Source of the DNA: an uncultured Gammaproteobacteria bacterium
Lineage (GTDB): Bacteria; Patescibacteriota; Microgenomatia; Levybacterales; GWA1-39-11
Assembly: GCA_964511305.1 (NCBI GenBank)
Contig: CAZEEU010000001.1
Span: 53,957 to 117,956 of the forward strand
Length of the DNA stretch: 64,000 nt
Reading direction: 5' to 3'
In this document: positions 57,612-64,000 of the stretch, piece after piece
Numbering within the stretch: position 1 is the first letter of the stretch
How the letters are laid out: every line of letters starts with the position of its first letter
Notes under the pieces: model-generated
Told to the model about the DNA's origin: nothing
Seen by the model: only the letters and a program-made list of their open reading frames with translations
Databases searched by the model: none
Made by a program: the position numbers and the translations under genes

Positions 57612-58697
57612 CTACGTAAGTGACTCGTGCTCTGTACCTGAAAGACTTTCTACAAGTTTTTTAATTTTCGGAACCGAGTCTTTCGGACAAACAAGAACAA
57701 CGTCGTCTGTATTTATAACTAAGTACCCTGCAAGATCGATTCCCACAACTAGTTGATTTGTGTAGTTGAATACCAAGCTGTCGCTTGAATCCTCAATCAT
57801 AACTTTTCCTTTAGTGACATTCTCCTCCTCCGAATTGCTAAGAGCCTCTTTGAGGGCTTCCCATGCACCAATATCACTCCAGCCTATATCTACGGATAAT
57901 ACTCTTCCATAACTAACATCCATCTTTTCCAAAATTGCATTGTCAAAAGATATTTTTTCAATTTGAGGATATACTCGAGCCAGAACCTCCGGATAGCCAG
58001 GGGTGTCTGCTGCCTCGTAAATCTCATTCAGTCTAACGTGTAGATCACCAGCGTAACGCTCAAACAAACTCCATAAGAATTTAGGGGTTGTTACAAAGTA
58101 TCCGAGATTCCATGCATGATGACCATCTTTTACAAAACGTTCTGCTGTTGATAAATGAGGACGGTACTGAAAACCTGTAAACGAGAATACAGGAAGACCA
58201 TTATAATTTCCTGTCTCATGTCCGAATTCTATATAACCTAAATTCTGATTTGCAAAACGAGGCTTTTGTCCAACAAAAACAATTGTTTCGGCATTTTCAT
58301 TTACGATCTGCTCTGCAGAACGAAGAGCTTTTCTAAATTCTTCTTCATTCTTTACTAAATGATCACTTCCCCAAAGAATGGCAAAGGGCTCATCTGGAAA
58401 TTTCTTAGCAAAAAGTGCCGTAACGAGTCCAACCGCAGGGCCCACATCTCTCATTTCTGGTTCTACAAGGATGTTATCTGCTGGAAGTTGCGGAAGTTGC
58501 TCTCTAACAATTGACTCGTAATGCGTCCCTGTGGATATATAAATGTCATTCCATGAAAATTCTGGAAATAACTTAGCAACGGCAATCTGAAGCATTGATT
58601 GGTCACCTACAATCTTTTCAAATTGTTTTGGTGCACTTTTTCGAGATAGTGGCCACAAGCGTGTTCCTACCCCTCCTGCAAAAATAACTACCTTCAT
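57612..58697 (-). CDS. manC: Mannose-1-phosphate guanylyltransferase
   Basis: AGG.GTRLWPLSR...PKQF, EP, SDH, GYI, WN.G, ISFD.AILEK, WSDIG.W. Confidence 0.85.
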   Translation of the reverse strand: MKVVIFAGGVGTRLWPLSRKSAPKQFEKIVGDQSMLQIAVAKLFPEFSWNDIYISTGTHYESIVREQLPQLPADNILVEPEMRDVGPAVGLVTALFAKKFPDEPFAILWGSDHLVKNEEEFRKALRSAEQIVNENAETIVFVGQKPRFANQNLGYIEFGHETGNYNGLPVFSFTGFQYRPHLSTAERFVKDGHHAWNLGYFVTTPKFLWSLFERYAGDLHVRLNEIYEAADTPGYPEVLARVYPQIEKISFDNAILEKMDVSYGRVLSVDIGWSDIGAWEALKEALSNSEEENVTKGKVMIEDSSDSLVFNYTNQLVVGIDLAGYLVINTDDVVLVCPKDSVPKIKKLVESLSGTEHESLT

Positions 58698-59779
58698 ATG
58701 TATTTATGGTTCTTTAAAAAAGAAAGCGTGGCTTTTTTGAACTTTTCTTCAGAAAAACGCCGCGCATTTTTTTGACATTCCCTACCATTATAACGACTGT
58801 CGTCAAAATTTATCAATATGTCACATAGAGACTGTACATTTTGCTTCTTAAAGAAAATGCCGGTTCTCCCATCAATAACGATCTCGCTTGCCCCACCTTT
58901 ATTCATAGCAATGACTGGTTTTCCTGCAATTTGTACCTCAACCATTGTGATACCGAAGTCTTCAATTCCCGGGAAAATCAACGCCCTACAGTTCTTGTAA
59001 TAAGAAATCAGAAGATCATCCTCTACTCTACCTTTAAATATTACAGTCTCCCCGGCGATTGCTTCCAAGCGTTCCATCTCTGACCCTTCTCCTATAACAA
59101 CTAGCGGAAGCTTAAGCTTAGTGCACGCTTTTACAGCAAGATCAATTCTTTTATAGTCAACAAGCCTAGACACCACAAGAAAATAATCTTTTTCCGAAAT
59201 ATTTATGCTCGTATTTTGGTTCTTAAATAACCTATCCGAAGGAGGATAGATTATTTCACTATCTCTTTTATAGTATTTGCGAATACGATCTTGGACTGTT
59301 TTTGAGATAGCTATCATTTGATCCGGTCTTTTTGAAGCAAGAAGATCCCATTTTTTTAAGTACCAAATTGCTGGTTTGGCAAGATATCTTAAAAATGGAT
59401 TTTTGAAATAACCCTCATAGCCACTCCACAAATACCTGGTGGGTGTAAGGCATATACAAACATGATTTACATGTGGTGGAACAATTATTCCCTTTGAAGC
59501 TTCGCTCGTCACAGAGATAACAAGATCAAAATCATTGAATCGGAATGATTCAAACGCAATAGGCATGAGATAGGGGATAATTTCATGATGTGTTTTTAGT
59601 ATTGGAAAATGTTGAAGAAATGAAGTTCTTACAGTAAATTTCTTAGACCAAGGAGCTCTTTTGCGATCATAAACTGAAGTGTAGAGAATAGAGTTGGGGA
59701 ATAAGTCTTTAATCGATTCAAGAACACGCTCTGCTCCACCGATTTTATTTACCCTGTCATACACTATTGCAACTTTCAT
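58694..59779 (-). CDS. Glycosyltransferase family 4
   Basis: GGAERVL, VVSRLV.YKRIDLA, EDFGI..VE. ATG 59779 is preferred. Confidence 0.9.
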   Translation of the reverse strand: MKVAIVYDRVNKIGGAERVLESIKDLFPNSILYTSVYDRKRAPWSKKFTVRTSFLQHFPILKTHHEIIPYLMPIAFESFRFNDFDLVISVTSEASKGIIVPPHVNHVCICLTPTRYLWSGYEGYFKNPFLRYLAKPAIWYLKKWDLLASKRPDQMIAISKTVQDRIRKYYKRDSEIIYPPSDRLFKNQNTSINISEKDYFLVVSRLVDYKRIDLAVKACTKLKLPLVVIGEGSEMERLEAIAGETVIFKGRVEDDLLISYYKNCRALIFPGIEDFGITMVEVQIAGKPVIAMNKGGASEIVIDGRTGIFFKKQNVQSLCDILINFDDSRYNGRECQKNARRFSEEKFKKATLSFLKNHKYI

Positions 59780-60848
59780 ATAGGTTAATTGTCTTACTAA
59801 CTGCATCCTTCCATGAAAACTCACGAGATCTTTCGCGTGCCTTATCTACCAATTCACTTCGTCTCTTTTGGTCTGTAAGAAGCAAATGTATTTTTTCCTC
59901 AAGCTCTTTATGATTTTTGGGGTCAAAATACAGAACTGCATCCCCACCAATTTCTTTGAGGGCAGGAGTATTAGAACTTATAACCGGGCAGGAAAGACTC
60001 ATCGCTTCAAGAAGGGGCAAACCAAACCCTTCCATGAGGCTTGGCATTACAAAAAGACTTGCGCTCTTATAATAGTCGAAAAGTTCTTTGTCATCAACAT
60101 TATGTAAAAAATGAATTCCGGGAGCTTTCTTAAGTCTCTTATAAAAGAAATCCTCACGACCTATACAAATCAACTCGATATCAGGATTTCTTTTTCGTAA
60201 CAGTGAAAAAGCCTCAAAAAGTACTGTAATATTTTTATGGGGATATGCATTTCCTACATAAAGAATATACTTGTTTGTCGTTATAAGCTTCGTGTTTCCG
60301 CTCCCAGAAATGGCATCATCGAACCCCTCATAAATTACTTCAATCTTTGAAGGATTTGCTTTGTAGTGATCGATGATTTCCTTTTTAGTTGCTGTTGACG
60401 GAACAATAATTTTTTTTGCATCTCTAACTGATGATGCAATAATTTTTTTATAACCAAAATGCTTGAGTTTGTAGACGGGAACAGGCAATGAACTTGCTAC
60501 ACCTGTTGGAAAGTGATCGATTATTAGGTCGTGAATTGTTATAACAAAAGGCCTATTGTAAAAAACGGGGTAAGAAAAGTAGGTAAAATGCATAAGATCT
60601 ACATTTTCACGCTCAATTTCTTCTTTAAATTTCCATTGCTCAGATAATGTATGCCAATGGGAAGTTGAAATCACTTTTTTAATATTCGGATTTTTAAAGG
60701 TAACTTTATTGTATGTATCTTTGGTTAAAAAAATGATGTAGGAGTCAGTGGTCTTTAGCAAATCAATTCCGTTCACTAAATTCCTTATGTATCGCCCTAC
60801 GCCACTCTCATTCCAAAGCCTTCCGTCAATCCCGATCTTTTTTGACAT
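59757..60848 (-). CDS. Glycosyltransferase family 4 (mannosyltransferase-like)
   Basis: GVGRY, TIHDL, YVG...HKN, PSL.EGFGLP.LEAM. Confidence 0.9.
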   Translation of the reverse strand: MSKKIGIDGRLWNESGVGRYIRNLVNGIDLLKTTDSYIIFLTKDTYNKVTFKNPNIKKVISTSHWHTLSEQWKFKEEIERENVDLMHFTYFSYPVFYNRPFVITIHDLIIDHFPTGVASSLPVPVYKLKHFGYKKIIASSVRDAKKIIVPSTATKKEIIDHYKANPSKIEVIYEGFDDAISGSGNTKLITTNKYILYVGNAYPHKNITVLFEAFSLLRKRNPDIELICIGREDFFYKRLKKAPGIHFLHNVDDKELFDYYKSASLFVMPSLMEGFGLPLLEAMSLSCPVISSNTPALKEIGGDAVLYFDPKNHKELEEKIHLLLTDQKRRSELVDKARERSREFSWKDAVSKTINLYESCNSV

Positions 60849-60852
60849 ATAA

Positions 60853-61731
60853 TTAGGCAGTTTTCCTTTTCAGCTTGATACCCAGCTTGACCAAAGCTGT
60901 AACGAAAAAAGGATACGAATCTTTATAGTGTTTGTCATAAAAAATTTCCATTGCCCTAAATCTATGATGGGTTGCAAATTTTCTTGTTTCAGCCGATGCC
61001 TTTGTGACATTTTGGGATACTTTTTTAATGCCACTTGATATCCCTTTCATATGAAGAGCTCTAAATTCAGGCACAAAATATATTTTGTAACCTTTATGCT
61101 TAACGGTGTAGCAGAAGTCTATATCCTCACCATAAAAGAAATAATCCTCATCCCACCATCCTATTTCCTCACCCACATTACGTGGAACTAGCATGAAAGA
61201 TCCTGCAGCAGCTTCAATTTCATGGGTTTTTGTAAGGTCTAGATATGTTAGGTTGTATCCCGCAAATATTTTACTTTTAGGAAAAGCTTTTGAAAGACCA
61301 GTGAAGTGACTGAACGCTCTCCACGGTGTTGGAAAACCTCTGTGAGCCGAGTCGTCCAATGATCCATCGGGTAATTCAACAAAGCATGTAGATACACCAC
61401 ATTGCGGATTTTCTTTCATAAAATCCAGCATGCCATCAATTGTACCTTTGTAAACTTTTGTATCAGGATTGAGAAAAAGCACATACTTTCCTTTTGATTT
61501 AACAACTGCGCGATTATTGCCCTTTGAAAAGCCTAGATTGTCTTCATTCTGAAAGTAAATGACATTCTCTTTGTACTGTTTCTTAACAAGATCTTTCGTA
61601 TTGTCATTTCTACTATTGTCAGAAATTAAGATCTCGTAACTGTGTTTTTTAACAGTATCGATAACAGAGTTAATACAATCTGTAATTGTTTGCTCCGAGT
61701 TGTAAGCTACTATAATTATTGAGACATCCAT
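60853..61731 (-). CDS. Glycosyltransferase family 2 (WbbL-like)
   Basis: SIIIV.YN, N.GF.KGNN, LFLNPD, DEDYFFYGEDID.C. Confidence 0.9.
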   Translation of the reverse strand: MDVSIIIVAYNSEQTITDCINSVIDTVKKHSYEILISDNSRNDNTKDLVKKQYKENVIYFQNEDNLGFSKGNNRAVVKSKGKYVLFLNPDTKVYKGTIDGMLDFMKENPQCGVSTCFVELPDGSLDDSAHRGFPTPWRAFSHFTGLSKAFPKSKIFAGYNLTYLDLTKTHEIEAAAGSFMLVPRNVGEEIGWWDEDYFFYGEDIDFCYTVKHKGYKIYFVPEFRALHMKGISSGIKKVSQNVTKASAETRKFATHHRFRAMEIFYDKHYKDSYPFFVTALVKLGIKLKRKTA

Positions 61732-62888
61732 ACATTAAGAAGACTTTGACCTATTTTATCCCATGAGTAATATTTGTCTATCAGAGTTCTGGCATTGACA
61801 GCTAGTTTCTCTCTCAATTTTCCATCTCCATACAAAATATTTATCTGCTCTGCATACTCCTGACCGGTTACAGCACTTAAGAAATGCTCTCCTGGTATCG
61901 CTCTAAGTCCTGATAATCGTTCCGGCTGTGCAATAATTGGTACCCCCAAAGACATTGCCTCCAGCACTTTAAAGTTGGTACCCCCACCAATTCTAATCGG
62001 GAACACTAAAGCGTCAGCATCCCTATATTCTGCGATGATATCCTCAACAAAATCTTTCATTATGATCCTCTTATCATCAAAATTAAATTTATCATTACAT
62101 TTTTTCCCAATAATAGTAAGAGTCACATCATCTCTTATTTTTGGAAATGCCTCCTTGTAAAAAAATTCAATTGCCTCAACGTTTGGAAAGTAGCTAAAAT
62201 TTCCAACAAAAAGAATGTTCTTTTTAATCGACCTATCATATTTATATGAATATGTTGAAGGCTCGATGCCGTTTGCAACAACTTTTGGTGTTACTTTTGT
62301 AAGCACCTTAAGAAAATCAGACTCTTCCTCTGTTATTGTCGTAACCTCATCTGCTAATTTCACCATTTCAAGCTCTTCTTTTTTAAGTCTGTCTGCCTGA
62401 TAAGAAATAAATGGCCGTATATATGGCTTTTTAAAAGACTTTGCGTAGTCAAAATAAAGTCTAAATTCTATATTTTCAGTACCTAGTATTTGCTTAACAT
62501 TTAGTTTTTTTAATTCTTGTCCAATGTAGTAGCCTGTATATGAAGACTCGAAATGAACAACGTCGATCTTCTCTTTCTTTATATAATCTTTGATATCAGA
62601 AAGAACCTCTTTATTAAAGTACAATGTCTTAAAAATTGAAGAGTTATGAAAGAGAGTCTTTGGAAAATTTGAAAATGAAGAAAGTTTTTTTCTTTTAACA
62701 ACCCGTATTCCTTTTACCCCAATTTTTGAAAGTTCTTCGTTATGCTCGGGATTATAGTCGTCTCTTACAAATGAAAGAAGAAAAATATTTGCTTTTGAAG
62801 ACGTATGTTTTATTAAGTGGTAAGCTCTATTTTTTCCACCTGAGTTAGTTGGATAAGGGAAATCGTATGTTACAAACAAGACGTTCAT
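61716..62888 (-). CDS. Glycosyltransferase family 4
   Basis: PYP..SGG, FVGNF...PN, PIRIGGGT..KVLEAM. Confidence 0.88.
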   Translation of the reverse strand: MNVLFVTYDFPYPTNSGGKNRAYHLIKHTSSKANIFLLSFVRDDYNPEHNEELSKIGVKGIRVVKRKKLSSFSNFPKTLFHNSSIFKTLYFNKEVLSDIKDYIKKEKIDVVHFESSYTGYYIGQELKKLNVKQILGTENIEFRLYFDYAKSFKKPYIRPFISYQADRLKKEELEMVKLADEVTTITEEESDFLKVLTKVTPKVVANGIEPSTYSYKYDRSIKKNILFVGNFSYFPNVEAIEFFYKEAFPKIRDDVTLTIIGKKCNDKFNFDDKRIIMKDFVEDIIAEYRDADALVFPIRIGGGTNFKVLEAMSLGVPIIAQPERLSGLRAIPGEHFLSAVTGQEYAEQINILYGDGKLREKLAVNARTLIDKYYSWDKIGQSLLNVWMSQ

Positions 62889-64000
62889 AGTGATGATAAT
62901 ATTTTCCCATCTTGTTTGCAGAGTCGTAGATCGACTATTACATATGAAGATGTTTTTTGTACAATATCACATTTTTGCATCCAATAATTTGTTACATCGT
63001 CAAAATTTACTGATACTAAATGCGTTGCTCCTTCGGAGATATATTTTTCAATCTTGTCTCCGCCAAATGTATATCCATGTCTATTTGTCTGATACAAAAA
63101 AGCCGAATCATTGTCATATGGTGCAATAACGATGGCATTCTTTGGAAGTAATTTATCAACTGCTTTTCCGGCCTCAACTATTTCGGGGTGATTTATATTG
63201 TAGTACCCTCTCACCTCATACCATCCAAACGCAAGCATCAGAGCAACCAATGCTAAGGCGACACTAATATTAATAATCCGACTTATATAATTTTGGCCGT
63301 GAGTTACAAGATAATCAAAACCCAAAGCCATCATAATGCACCCAATCGGCACTATTGGCAATTGATAGTAGTCATGAGTTACATTACCTCGAGCTATAAC
63401 TACAAAAAATCCTAAGATTGCTACAAGCCACAAAATATATAAGTATCCCTCTTTTTTTGTCGTAGATTTTACAATTCCTAAAAAGAAAAGCACGAAGCCT
63501 CCTGTTGCAAAAATGAGCTTATTCATGCGTTCAAAAACCAACCATCTAAAATAAGCGCCTGTAAATCTTATATTGCCCTGGTTATACAACCAGTCGGTTC
63601 CAAACATGCCTTCTGGGTACTGATTGATATGATGTCTCCATAACAGAAAAGGGATTATAGAGATAAGAAGAAATGCATATACGCTCCATTTAGTAACCGA
63701 TCTTACACCCCATCTTCTTATTATTAAGTAAGCAAATGGCAAAAGAAGTACGAGTGCATAGGGTTTTGTGAGTATCGCCAATGCGAAAGCAATTGAAGCG
63801 GCACCCATCAGGAAAATGTTATTTTTCTCAAGCCATTTTGAAACAAGATACAGTGAAGCAATTCCAAAGAATATATAAAGTGGATCTGCCATAGTAACCC
63901 GACCGTAATAGACATTGTATGGAAGCACTGCAAAAAAGAAGGAGGCACCTAAAGCAACTCTTTTATTTGAATAATGCGAAACCAGTAAATACAAGAGAGG
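62885..64000 (-). CDS. ArnT/PMT-like GT-C membrane protein (5' end beyond the window)
   Basis: P...YYGR..M.D, A.L.KP, HDYYQLP; many TMs. Confidence 0.75.
   Translation of the reverse strand, partial: PLLYLLVSHYSNKRVALGASFFFAVLPYNVYYGRVTMADPLYIFFGIASLYLVSKWLEKNNIFLMGAASIAFALAILTKPYALVLLLPFAYLIIRRWGVRSVTKWSVYAFLLISIIPFLLWRHHINQYPEGMFGTDWLYNQGNIRFTGAYFRWLVFERMNKLIFATGGFVLFFLGIVKSTTKKEGYLYILWLVAILGFFVVIARGNVTHDYYQLPIVPIGCIMMALGFDYLVTHGQNYISRIINISVALALVALMLAFGWYEVRGYYNINHPEIVEAGKAVDKLLPKNAIVIAPYDNDSAFLYQTNRHGYTFGGDKIEKYISEGATHLVSVNFDDVTNYWMQKCDIVQKTSSYVIVDLRLCKQDGKILSSL

Overview
AT-rich, densely coding bacterial chromosomal segment. Gene content and style suggest a CPR/Patescibacteria genome, probably Microgenomates-like (inference, not a database result): alpha2-type GlyRS, type-2 IleRS, miniature FtsQ, many GT-C membrane proteins, few Shine-Dalgarno sites. 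Layout: (i) 1-15 kb surface-glycan cluster with GT2, GT4, GT-C/YfhO, flippase, epimerase and methyltransferases; (ii) lepB, parB, rpmA, rplU, rodA, ileS; (iii) 21-36 kb accessory region with deacetylase, PD-(D/E)XK nuclease, DUF4258, acyltransferase, pseudouridine synthase, adenosine kinase-AhcY, a MacAB-type ABC operon, ORFans, a HAD hydrolase and a cytochrome b5 protein; (iv) 36.5-51.8 kb dcw cluster containing a split GlmU and murA; (v) GlyRS, recO, DUF4012 and a second glycan cluster. I found no rRNA, tRNA, CRISPR array, transposase or integrase. The best novel signals are non-coding. An identical TTAAG-N6-TTAAG-N10-(-10 box) promoter precedes both the MacAB-type operon and the membrane-anchored cytochrome b5 gene, a candidate heme/envelope regulon. 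There are also two REP-like GAA-triloop hairpin arrays, a four-hairpin region upstream of mraY, an orphan CIRCE and pervasive leaderless or very-short-leader promoters. IleRS carries a non-canonical HYGS motif and an altered editing site. All family assignments come from motif recognition by eye.
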